DNA of 63,169 nt, the filler included, from Reclinomonas americana ATCC 50394 (lineage: Eukaryota), in NCBI GenBank assembly GCA_048213135.1. It is 4 parts of 3 records of this genome, joined end to end, with 100 filler letters (N's around TTAATTAATTAA, not from the genome) between each part and the next. Parts side by side here need not be neighbours in the genome. Positions count along the whole stretch, not along the records: positions 1 to 26,845 come from PS015238.1; 3 more parts are not named here. One strand, 5' to 3'. The notes under the pieces are model-generated. The model was not told where the DNA came from and did not search any database. It was given only the letters and a program-made list of their open reading frames with translations. Positions 1 through 13,100 of this stretch are shown piece by piece. How positions within the stretch are numbered: position 1 is the first letter of the stretch; each line of letters opens with the position of its first letter. The translations under genes and the position numbers were made by a program.

Positions 1-196
<196 letters not shown>

Positions 197-471
197 TCGA
201 ATGAGGAACAGGGTTTCGAGAAGAAGGGAGTGTGCATGCATTTGAGTGCGCGAATATGTGAGCGAGTGAATGAGGGAGCAAACACGTGTGCGCGCGCATG
301 AGTGGGAGAGAGAGAGAAGAAGAAGAGAACAAGAGACAAGTGCAGATGCATGACAGAGAGACAAGTGAGGATATCAACTGCTCACGATCATGACACACAC
401 ACACACACTCCCGCTCCCACTCCTTCCCTCCCACTCCTCCCACTCCCCACACAACACACAAACACACACAC

Positions 472-963
472 CTTTGCCGAGAGTGCGGTTGGTGATGGCA
501 CCGCCGCCATGTCCGCACCTCCCCCGCGCTGCTGCTGCTGCAGCGGTTGCGTGAGATGATGATGATGATGATGCTGGTGATGATGCGGCGAGGAGCGGTC
601 GATGCTTCCGCGCCGGATATCCGACGACACACGACGCATACCCCCTCCTCCTCCTCCACCTATCGACGAGGAAGGCGACGAGGAGGCAGAGCGGTCGGCG
701 GCGGGTGGCGTGCCCGCCAGTGGCGAGAGATGCGTTGGCAATGAGTGTGGCTCGCCTATGACAGAAGCAGGAGGTGGCGGTGTGGGAGGAGAGGCAGTTG
801 CAGCATGGTTGTTCACATCGGCGTCTGCTGCTGGTGTTGCTGGTGTTGTTGTTGTTGAGGTGGGTGGTGGCGCCAGTGTGCGCTGTGGTGGAGGTGGGCG
901 CAGGAGGTTCGGCTGCAGTGGGTCGGCCACTGTCGCAGTGGACTTGCTCTGGCAACAGCCCAT
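472..963 (-). CDS. First exon of a probably myristoylated/palmitoylated protein; 3' part lies outside the window
   Basis: ATG at 963 gives MGCCQSKS, a G2/C3/C4/S6 dual-acylation motif. A Pro/Thr/His/Gln low-complexity region follows, ending at the donor AAG|GTGTGT at 471. Confidence 0.7.
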
Positions 964-1172
964 TCGTTTCGCGCACGCGTGATTGACGGAATGATATAAT
1001 GATGACGACAACTCCCGCCACTTTCGTAGTCGGAGGAGGCGACTCGCGGAATGTTGTGTCGGTGCTGCTCTCCTGTGTGTGTGTCGTTGTTGGTGCTCTT
1101 GCTGCTGCTAGCGCTGTGTGCAATGCGATATCGGGGGTTTTGTTATTTATTGCATTAGTTAGCTAGTAGTGA

Positions 1173-4100
1173 TTACAAGTGATGGCCGCCGCTTGCGTGT
1201 GCGTGATGATCGTCGCTGTCGTGGCGATTGTCGGCGTCGTGCTTTTCCGTGGCGTGACCGCCTTCTTCTTCGTCGTGGTGGCCCATGGGAAGCAGTGGGA
1301 TGTGCAGCGCGGAGGAGCCGGACGACGCTCGGGCACGACTGTGGCTGTGCGCTGTGCAAAGAAGATGAGATTGGTGAGGTGTGTGCACGTGCAATCTCAT
1401 AGCAAAAAACAAACGTACCTGTGGTTGGCGCATGGCTGTGCTGGTCGTGGTGCTCGCCATGGTGCTCGTCGTGACTGTCATGGTGGTCGTCGTCGTGTCC
1501 GTCGTGCTCCTCGTGATGGCCGCCGTGCTTCTTCCTCTTTTCCGGGTTCCACAGTTGCGACACGACCTCCCACAGCTTGTACAGCACCGGCAGCGCGAGG
1601 ATAAAGGCAATGGTGGCCATGATGGCCAAGCACGTGTACTTCTTGAAGTCGAGCGACACTTGCGAGGCGAACAGTGTGGAGATCACCACCAGGCCACCGA
1701 GCCCGATTGACTGTTGCGCGCCACTCGTCAGCTCACACGTGCACACACCTATACACACACTCTTACGTGCAAACCTCCAACACATTGTCGACGGTCGTGT
1801 GGTAGGCGCGGCAGCACAGGTGGACAGTCAGGAACGCCACACACACGCACCACAGAGCCAGAGGGAGAACTTGCAGCTGATTGCTGGCCGCCAGCGGAAA
1901 GAGAACACCGAGTACCACCAAGCGACGCGTAAGCTGGTATCCTTGGTACCACACGAACGTCGGGCGGAAGTGATGGTACAAGTGGCCGTAGCTGCGTACG
2001 ACCTGTGGCGTGCACCATCGTGAGATGCCAGCACAATCATTGACATGCACGGGGCCAGGCAACTCACCGCACGGTTGTGCAACAAGTGCCGTCGCTTCAA
2101 ACGCAGGGTCCACAAGATGACAAGCACCGGAGCCGAGAGGGCCAGCGCACCGAGAATGGCAAACAGCGGCACCAAGTTAGTCCATCTGCGTACCCGTCGT
2201 GAGTATGCATCATCACCAGCAGACAAGCAGTGAGTGCTGTGCGAATCCACGCAACATTCCCTGGTAACACACAATGCTGGGCGAGAACAGCACGACACTC
2301 GACTGTCCAACTGGCGTGCACGTAAAGAATGTAATAACCGTCTCTGCCACACCCTCGTACACAGCGAGCGCCAGCACGACGGTGGTGGCCTTGTACATCG
2401 GCACCGATGCACCCTTGTCGAACCACACCGCGAAGCGATGCATACGACCGGGACCGGAGCAGCACCATCGGCGCATGAGCCAGCCGAGGAAGCGGTGAAG
2501 CAGCCAGGTGAGCCACAGAATGATGACATAGAGCACCGGTGACACGATGCGACTTAGCATGTCGCCCATGGCGTCGAGGTGGAATGGACAGCCAATGTCG
2601 AACAGGTGCGGAATCCAGAAGCTGACCAGTCGGCCAAGCGCCACCAGCTCCACGTTGGGATAGAAGAGGAGTGTGGTCGTTTGCAGCAGGAAAATGAGCA
2701 TTTCAGCCGCGGCTGCAAGTCAGCGTGAGCAGCGCGACACACACACATGCACGCCCTCGCGACACGCTCACAGCACCTTCACCACCGCCGCCGAGGAAAA
2801 GCATGTGTACAAAGACCACAAACACCCACATCTTGAAGACGGTCCATGCGACGGCACCAATCGAGGTGGTGGCGCACGGAATGCAGTCGCCCTGCCACTG
2901 CGAGAATCCGGCCTGCAAGCAGAACGCACGTGAGAGGAGAAGAGCTCACGGCAGCACTTGGAGAGCAAATAAGGGAGCGCGCGCACCTGACAGGCGCCAC
3001 ACATGGTGGAGTTGGCCAGTCGGTTCGTCTCCTCGTTGCAGTACTCCGAGTCGGAGCCGACCGGCTCGTCGTCATCTCTTTCGCAGTAATCAAAGGGGCA
3101 AATGTAGGCCACCAGGAGACCACTGGCATCGGGTAGCACCTGCGAGCCGGCAATGCCACCGGAGAGCACCGACAGTGTGATGGAGTCGTCGTCGACAGGG
3201 AAGGCCCAGTAGTTGGACAGCACCGACACCGGATCGCCCAACTGACACACCATGTTGGGCGGGCACGGCTGACACGTCTGATTGAAGGCCACGCTACCGA
3301 GAGCGTACTGGCCATTGGGGCACGCCTGACAGCCGACACCGTCGACATACGCGGTGCCGCCTGGGCACGGCGAAACATCGATGGAGATGGAAGGCGACGA
3401 ACCGCCAAATGAACCGCCGCCCACATTGCTGATCGTGAGTGGGAAATCAGTCGAACGGGTGTCGAGCATGGCGAGGTGACGCGCGCGGGAATGCGTGTAC
3501 GACAGTTGCTGCTGCACGGGTGCCATCTCCACCACCGAGATCTCAAACGTGGCTGTGCCGGCAACTGTGGCTTGAAGATCCTCTTGATCCTGTTAAAAAT
3601 TACGCACACATATACACACTGTCATTTCGGAGAAACGGGAGCGCGAGGCATCGAGACGCGCGCTGCTCACCGCGGCCGCGCAACCAGGGCAGTTGATCTG
3701 AAACACGGCGCCATTGTACGTCGTCATGGGCTGGTTGAACACATCGGTGGCGTTCACCAACAGCGTGCGCGGAATCTGACTGCTCGGATACGTCACCGAA
3801 CCCGGAACCAGACCGGCTGTCACTGTCCACAGAGCTGCAATGAATGACGAGAGAAACACATGCGTAAGGAAACGTGCAGCAGTGGCGAATTTGGTGCAAG
3901 GCGACGAGCACGCAACAGCTGGCCACATCATTCGCCTCATAATTCGAGGCCAAGTTGCTGGTGACCAACACGCCAAGCGACTGCATGTAGTTTGTCCAGC
4001 CACCCGCCAATAGCACTGCACTCGCCATGGAGCTCAGTAGCGACGGATCCGATCCACCGTCCCAATAGATGCCACCGCCTGCACCGGAACCCACCGAGTC

Positions 4101-7100
4101 GGGCATGCCAAAGGCGGAATTGAAGGAGAATGTCGAATCACGTAAGCTGATGCCAGCACCGCTCGACGTCGACGTCGGGGCTGAAAGGGACACGTAGAGG
4201 CCACCTCCACGACCCGCGTTCGCCGTGTTACCGGTGAATGTGGAGCTGACAATGTTCACGGCTACGACGCTCTCAACGTACGCTCCGCCGCCGTCGCTCT
4301 GAGACGCAGTGTTCGATGTGATCATGCAGCCCGTGCAGTTGAATATGCCACTGCCAGAGGCAACAATTCCTCCACCATACGATGCGGCCGTGTTACCGAC
4401 AATAGTGGTACCGGAGAGCAGTGAAATCACCTGGTTGCCAGTGTACAGAGCTGCTCCGAATTCGGCGCTGTTTTGCGCCAGTCGAGCACCCACCAACGAG
4501 AGAGTCGACGACTCAGTGGCACAAATACCGCCACCCCCACCGAGGCTGCACGAGTTGCTACCAATGTAGGCACCGTTCAGCGAGACAGTGGTGGTGCCGG
4601 TGATGAAAGCTGCACCCCCCTCCAGCCCAGACCGTCCGCCGACCAACGTTCCGTCCACATCGGACCACGTACTGAGGCCAGTGAGTGTCAGGTGACCGCC
4701 ACTTGTGCCCGCTGCATTGCCCGTAAAGGTAGAGTTCACCGTGGTGATCGAGGCCAGTTGCGAAACAGCCAATCCACCACCCGACAGCGCCGCCGAATTA
4801 CCAGTTACGTTGCAGGCGCGCAAATTGACAATGGCAGCGCCTTCCACGTAGAAGCCACCACCGTCGGCGCGTGGCGCGTAATTTGCGTAGATCACCGTCG
4901 ACGTCAGATTGTGCACACTGCTGTCCGACACAAAGAAACCGCTGCCAAATGTTGCGCGATTGCCGTAGAGACTCGCGTCTTGCCACACCGATGCAGAGTT
5001 GGAGTCGGAAAAGACTGCGCCTCCAAACTGCACTGCCGTGTTGTTGTGCACCCTGGATAAAGTGAACACTGACAACGTCGATCGCTGCGTGAGATACACG
5101 CCACCGCCTCGCTCGCCAGCCGCATTGCCGTACACAGCTGTGTTGTTGACGAGATTCAATTGCGCCAAGTTGGAGATAACAGCCGCACCACCACCCAGCA
5201 GAGCTGTGTTGGCCGCCACCACAGTGTTCGAGACGGTAGCAGTGGAGGCAGCCTCCGCCAGCAAGATACCACCACCAAAGCCGAGGACAGAGTTATTCTG
5301 TACGCTACTATTTTCTAGGACATTCTCCAAGTCACTCAATAGCACACCACCGCCACCGTACTCCGCAGAATTGCCACTGATGACGGCACTGGCCAGGCGG
5401 GAGCGTGTACCCATCAACACACCGCCGCCCATCGCCAAAGGTCCACTGACAGAGTTGCCAATAATAGTGCAGCCGCTGGATGAACTCACCGAGTACAGCA
5501 ACAAGGCGCCACCGCCACACGATGTCCCCGCCGCCACCTCAGGCGACAGGAGCACTGCGCTGTTGGCCGAAAAAGTCGACGAGTTGATCTGCACTCCGTT
5601 GAATGTCAAAACACCACCGCCACCACAATAGTCGCCGGACGAGTAACGACGCAGGAGTTGGAGCGCCTGCTGCCCGCCGATTCCGGGATCGATGGCTGTG
5701 TTGTTGACAAACGTGCACGAGGAGATCACAGAGGGCGCATTCAACACCATCAGCGCTCCACCTCCGTTGACCGAGCTGCCTTGCGAGTTGAGCAAGTTGT
5801 TGTTGCCGCCTGATCCGTCATGGTACGAAGTATTGTTGGTGAAGGTGCTGCCGGTCAGCGAGAACAGAGCCTGCATGGACGATGAGCGACGACTGTGTGG
5901 TATTAGTCGAGCAGGTGACTGACGTACCTGAGGCGACGCCAAGAATGGTGCCGAAATGAGTGCACCACCGCCACCATTGAGGCCACCGAATGAGGCGCCG
6001 AGTGACTTGGAGTTGCTGCCACCAGAGCCATTTTGCCGGGACTGATTGTTGACGAACACGGCTCCACTAATCGTCTGCGTTTGGCGTATGTGTGTACAAG
6101 TTGCACGATTGCGAATGAACAACTCGCATGCTACTCACCGCCTGTCCAGGCAGCGTGCCAACCCCATACAGAAGCAATCCTCCTCCACCGCAGTACGAAG
6201 CTGAGCTGGAGCCGGAGCCCACATTCCCGCTCCCACCGTTTCCTGCACCTCAAGCACATCAGCGCTCAACGCTCTCTCGATAGGGTCGCTGTGCAACGCA
6301 CCATTTTGCGCCGCCACGTTGTTGGTAAATGTGACTGCCGACATCTACACGACAATGATTTCGTGTGAGGAACACCAAGGAAAAAAAGAAGCTTGCAATC
6401 TGGACGCCACCTGCACCACGCCCGAGTACGTCACCAGCAGCGCTCCGCCACCATGCGCAAATCCAGTAGCGTCGCCGCGATCCGTACTGCCATTGCCGCC
6501 ACCACCGTTGCCGACTGCCGAATTTCTGGTGAAAGTCAGTCCAACCATGGACTGGACACATATGCACAATGTGAGCGACTGCTCGTCAAATGCAAGGAAC
6601 CTATTCGGTAGCACTCACCAGCGTGGTGTTTTGGAAAGCAGAGAGAAGTGCTGCACCGCCACCGCAGGTGCCACTGGACGAATTCGCAATGGTTGAGTTG
6701 GAGCCACCGCAGCAGGACGATGTCACACTGTTGCTGTCAAAGACGCAGTTGCTGATCAACTACAGTACCATGATCACTTATTAAGATATCGACAGCAATA
6801 GCATCTTAAGGTGACAGGAAACTGCACCTGACTTCCGGCCCCGTATTGGACCATTATGGCGCCGCCGCCACTGCTTCCTTCCTCACTCGACACATCGTAC
6901 GCGATACCTGAGCACAGCAGTTTCATATGGAGAACAGCGACGCACGCGTACACGGACGGCACAAACCGCCATTGCTACTGCCAGTCACAAAGTTCCGTCG
7001 AAAGACGCAGTTGTCAATCACCTGCCGACAGCAGTGTCAAGCATCACCCCCCATGCCCTCCTTCGTGTGAGTATGCACTGACCTGATTGCCCTGAGTTAC

Positions 7101-10100
7101 GAATTGCACGTTGAGTGCGCCGCCTCCACAGTATCCACCACTGCCACGCGCTGTGCCCAAGGTGGCTTGTAATGCAGAGCCTGTGTAGCGCGGATGAGAG
7201 CCGAAAAACATGGAGATGATGAACGCAGGCAGACGGCGATGCATGCCACACCAGCTGTGCCCGCTTGGGAGACGGAATTGTCGAGAAACTGGGAGCCGGT
7301 GATGGTCTACGATAGAACGAGCGAATTCAAATGAGTGTGACAGGTTTATCTCTCTTTCTCTTTCTTGTACGCACCTGATTTGCGGCTACATTAAAATACA
7401 CGAACATGGCTCCGCCCCCGTTTCCTCCACCATTGCTGTTCGCGGAGGCCGACGACTGCACGTTGCTGGCATAGCCTGCGAAGAAATGAACACAACGACC
7501 TGCAAGTACAGAGGAAGGCAGGTGGACGAATGCACACACGCACCTCCGCTGCCACTCCCAACAGCAGAGTTGTTGAAGAAGGTGCAGTTTTGCGTCAACT
7601 TTTTTTACGCAGCAACACGCGTGAGCAACAAACATGCGTTTCGTGTAAAACTCGAAGGAGCACACACTGTGAGAACCTGCACGGCGGTGCCATAAAAGAA
7701 GACATTGACTCCGCCTCCCCCGTCTCCACTGCTGTACGAGTCCGCAAACGACGACGTGCCGCCGACACCTGCCACTGGCGAGTCGGCAAACAGCATCAAC
7801 ACGAATGCACGTGGCGGCGTACGAAACTACTGCCACCAGCACCATCCATCGTCGACAGATTGTTGGCAAACGTGCAGTTGCTCATGATCTGCACCACGGG
7901 CAACAATGTAAACCCAGCAGCGCGCGCATGTCCTTCGCTGACAAAGATAGAAGCAAACCTGCGAGCCATTTCCATTGAAAAATACAAAGGCGCCGCCACC
8001 ACCGCTCGTGTACCCGTTGGCCACGGACGTCACAGAGCCAGTTAGAAAGAACCCATTGGCGAGACCTGCAAACAGACCCATCATCATTCAGTGATCAATT
8101 GAACACGCTCATCATGGCGAGGCGTAACACAACCTCCTGCGCCATTGTATGACGATACGTTCGACGTGAAGTCCGACGAAGAAATGTACTGCGCACAAGC
8201 GAGATCAGCTCACGACACGCGATATTAAAGACGCATGTGAAACAGACCTGCGCGCTGGTGTTGTAAAAGAGGACCCACAATCCACCGCCACCACTCAGCG
8301 ACGCAGCTGAGATGGCACTCGACGGACCCTGGTTGAGCGAGGTACCTGCGCAACTCAAGTGAGCAGAGGAAGCACGCACGCACGCCAGCGGGCACCATGC
8401 ACACACACACACACCTCCGGCACCGTTGAACGCGGCCGTATTGCTGGTGAACGAGCACCGAGTGATATTCTATATTCAACAATGAGTGAATAGGCTCCAG
8501 CCACAGCACAAAAAACAGGCAACACGACGACTGCCGGCGCCCCACCTGACTGCCAACATTGTTGAACAAGGAGAGGACTCCACCACCTCCGACCATACTC
8601 GACGACGTATCAGTCACCACTTGATTTGTCGCCAACACATTCGTTGCTTGTGCTACACACGAGAGAAGCACATGAGTGAAGAAGGAACAGAGGAAGAGAG
8701 AATGCGAAAGCACACTACCTTGGCCGCCACTGCCGCATCCAGTGGCCGAGTTGAGCGTGAACAAGCTGTCTGTAAATGTCTGTGACGATTTGAACCAACG
8801 GCATGAGAGCTCTTGGCACACATGCGGAAGAGAGAGGGCTCGGCGGCAGACACGCACCTGGTTGGCATTCTGGTTGAATGCAGCGAGCATGCCACCACCG
8901 CCGCTGACAATCGTGAGAATCGTCTCTGCGAGTGCATTGCCGCCATTTGTTGCCGTAGCTTGCAAATCGCCAACGGTATTAGCACGACGAGGAGTAGAGG
9001 GGGAGGCAGCACAACAACCAAGAGGTAGCTTACCAAGTCCACCACTGCCACAGTTTAGAGCCGTGTTGTTGCGAAACACTGTCGACCCGATACTCTGCAT
9101 ACAAGTCAGCGACACACCGCACCAGCCGACCAACCTCAGTTGAATCACGTAGATGTACCTGTGCGCCGTTGGTATTCATGTAGAGAAACAGGCCGCCACC
9201 GCCAGCGGTTCCGCCCAAACTGTGCGCGGTGGCTACACCGGCGCCAGTGACCGTGGCTGCATCGATCCAGCACAATCAGCACACACCCACATCCGCAGTA
9301 TTCATCTTGTTGTCCACTCACCAGTACCGCCTCGACTGTTGCCACTCGAGACATTGTTCGTGAAGAAACTGCGCGTGACCACCTGCACCACACAAGGGTT
9401 GAGAGGCAAGCAAGGCGATTGCTTTGTTGTACAGAGAGACTGCCGCACCTGACTGCCAAGACCGTACGCCACAGCCCACAGACCCCCACCACCAGCGAGA
9501 CCTGTGGCACAATTAGCCGACGCCGTGTTGGCGACGGTCGTCGCGTTACCTGGGGAGCCCGAAATGTATCAGAGGCGGACAGTGAAACGATACACCAGCG
9601 ACAACATACCGCCACTGCCGTTGTTGATCGCCGTATTGGCGTCGAATGTGCATCGATCAACGGTCTGCGGTTTGCAAAGTCAGCGACAGGGATCGAGAAG
9701 TGGAAACCCAAGAAAATGCACACATACCTGTTGCATAGACTGGGAGAACATGGCATTCAGGCCTGCGCCACCGTGGAATCCACCATTCGAGTTTGCCGAT
9801 GCACTCTGCGCGCCCATCGCAGTGCCTGTTCCCCGCGTCATGAGCGACAATAACCCAGCAGCAGGCACAGTACAACTGTCATCTTCTCACCGCCAGAGCC
9901 ATTGCCGGTGGCTGAGTTGCGCAAAAACGAACTCGCTTGCACTACCTAAGCGAGCAACGCCTCTGAGGAACCACGCACCCCCCGACGCAAACAATCTTCG
10001 ATACCCCCCCACCTGTGTGCCAGCCACCTGGAAGAAGGCAAGAATGCCACCTCCACCGGTATGTTGCGCTGCAGTGTCGGACACGGCTGTGGGGCTCGAA

Positions 10101-13100
10101 GTGATGCGGCCACCGACGCCGTTGTTGCTGGCCATATTGCTCACAAAATAGCAATTTGTGGTGTTCTGAGAGAAAAACTCGCGTGAGCGCGACGAGCGAC
10201 AGGAGGCAGCGCGTGCACGATTCGCACCTGGAAAGCAGTACCCCCGAAACTGGTCCACACGCCTCCACCACCGCTGGTGTTGGCACCACTTGTCGCCACC
10301 GCCGCGCCCCCAGAGTTCGAGATTGAGCCTGTGCGCAACAATGAGCAGCAACATTACCATAAGGAGGAGACACAGCTGCGCACCACCCGCTCCATTGGCA
10401 GCAGCGACATTGTCGGTGAAATTGGAGTGCGTAAAGGACTGTTTTGGGTGAAAGGAGTGAGAGAAAGAACGCACTCATAGCAAGTATCCCCCCACACGTA
10501 CTTGCGAAGCAGTGGAACTAAAGTATGTCCATACTGCGCCACCGCCATTGCCGACACCGTTGGCTTCAGCTGTCGACGACAGCGTGCCACTGGCCACACC
10601 TGCGCACGCGGGAAAAACAATTTGAATGACATATACACAGCACATACACAAGCGATTTGCATGCATGCGCACCGCCGTTTGCATTGCCCGACGCAAGATT
10701 GGAAGCCACGGTTGAATTGGAAATGGTCTGTCGGCGGAGGGAAAAACTACGTGATGAACACCGCCAAGGTGCATGAAAAATATGTGCGAATGCAAACCTG
10801 CGAGCCGGCACCGGTGAAGTACGACCACAGAGCACCGCCGCCGCTGAGGCCGCCGCTCGCGCTTGCAGCCTTCTGACCTTGCCCAGTGGCCGTGCCTGTC
10901 AAGCCCACGAGCTGAGGCGACCGACATGTATCACAGATCATCAACACACGGGCCAACGACTCACCTCCGCAAGCGTTGCCGGTTGCGCTGTTGCCCGTGA
11001 ACATGCTGTCGGTGATCAGTTGAGTGCCAGTGCCCGTAAAGTTCGCCCAGATGCCGCCACCGCCACTGAGCGATGCACTCGCCAAGGCAGTTCCACTGCC
11101 GTTGCAGGTGGATGTGCCTGCACGAGGAGACAAGATGACACTCAATACATAAGTTGACAGAGATGGCGGCGGCCCCTCGCACACGAACCACCCGACGCAT
11201 TGTTCGTGGCGGCGTTGAAGGTGAAATTCGACGCAGAAGTCACCAGTGATCCATTGACATCGAACCGGAGCCACATGGCGCCGCCGCCATGACTGCCACC
11301 ACCGCTGTTGGATGTCGCTCCGCCGTATGTGCCGGAGGCCGTCGAGTTTCCTGCCAAGCACAACAATGCAGTCGAGTGAGACTCCTGACCGATTTGCACG
11401 ATCTCCACAATCGAACACGAACCGGCATTGCCATTACCCATGGCCACATTTGACTGGAAGCTGGATCTGCTTGTCAGCTGCGCACACATGGGAAATTTCG
11501 AGACATCGTGAGCGCGAGTAACAAGTCGTGAATGAGCACCGACCGACTGGCCGCACCTGGTTGCCACCCGCAGCAAAGCGCGTCCACACAGCTCCACCCC
11601 CGTTGCCGACACCGTTCGCGCCAGCGGTGACCAGCAGGCTGGTGACACCCGTGGCTACGATATCAATGTGCACGTCAGAGAGACGCGATGGTGAACAAGA
11701 ATACCAGTTTACGCACAGTTACCACCAACTCCATTCGAGATGGCACCGTTGCCGAGAAAGACGCTATCGGTAATGGTCTGTGACCAACGGAGAGGGGCAC
11801 CATGAATCACCAACCACGGACAATCACTGCAGCTCTTCGACCACCTTCCTCGCCGCACCTGCATGCTGCTTACTCCGGCAAAGTGTGACCACAGACCTCC
11901 ACCGCCGCTAGAGCCGGTGCCGGAGCTGGCAGTGGAACTGGTGACACCGCCCGAACACAATCCACCCGCACCATTCAATTCGGCGCGGTTACAAGAAAAC
12001 GTCGCAAGCGACAGAGTCTGCGCATCATTCGTGAGTGGCGGCGACGTGGGGATAAGAGACAGAAATGGCAGACCTGGTTGCCGCCCGCAGCAAAGTACGA
12101 CCACAGCGCGCCGCCGCCATTTGCAGAGGTAGAACTGAGTGTGCTAGCCAGATTGCCCGACGCAGTGCCTGCATCACTGGTGGGCACGGCGGAAGGATGG
12201 CATCATTACACAAGGAGACACGAACGTACCGCCATTGCTGTTGCTCCATGCAGTGTTGTTTGAAAAGTTGGTGGAGTCGACCATCTGCCACCAGCGTATG
12301 AGTACTACCACCAAGCAACGCAGGGGATGAGCGGAGACGAGGGAAGCAACCTGCAAGCCAAAGGCGCCAAAGTAGACCCACGCAGCCCCACCACCTGCTT
12401 GTCCGCCAGTGCTCTCTGCAAACACAATCGTGCCAGCGAGTGCCGTACCTCCGTTGCAGTTGAGAGACGCGGTGTTGGAGGTGAATGTGGATCTCGAAAT
12501 GACCTGCGCGCGCTTGTAGTGTCAAGACAGAGCAGGAGAAAATCGCAGTTGTGTGATAGTGGGTGGAGATTCATGCATACCTGGCTTCCAGTGCTACTGA
12601 AATACACCCACAGAGCACCACCACCAACTGCAGCGCTGGCACTGTCCGCCGCTGATGTCACAGTATCCAGCGATATGCTGGTCGCAGCACCTGTCGGCAG
12701 TCACATTATCAGAAAAGACCCCTCCACTCGATAAGAACACACAGAGCGACAACTCACCACCGACACCATTCGACGACGCACTGTTCATCGAGAAGGTGCA
12801 GTTGGCAATGGTCTGCGCACTGCCACTGACGGAGAAATACGTCCACAGACCACCACCACCGACGTTGGCGCTGTTGCTCGAGGCCAGAGCACCTCGTGCC
12901 AGGCCATTTGCAGTTCCTGCGCAGGGCACGTTGGTGAGAGGGAGGAGAGGGAGGAGAGGGAGGGAGGGTGAGCGAGGGGAGAGAGGAGAGGGAGGGGAGG
13001 GAGAGAAAGACAAACATATAGACAGGCAGGCAGACAGACAAACAGAGAGAGAGAAAGAGACAGAGCAGCCAAGCACAGAGAGTGTTCGTGAGAAAACAAA

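Noticed and set aside
3600-6122. Bacterial (Chlamydia-type) autotransporter contamination
   Set aside because: The repeats sit in an intron-rich gene with a signal peptide and helical TM segments, and there is no autotransporter beta-barrel.
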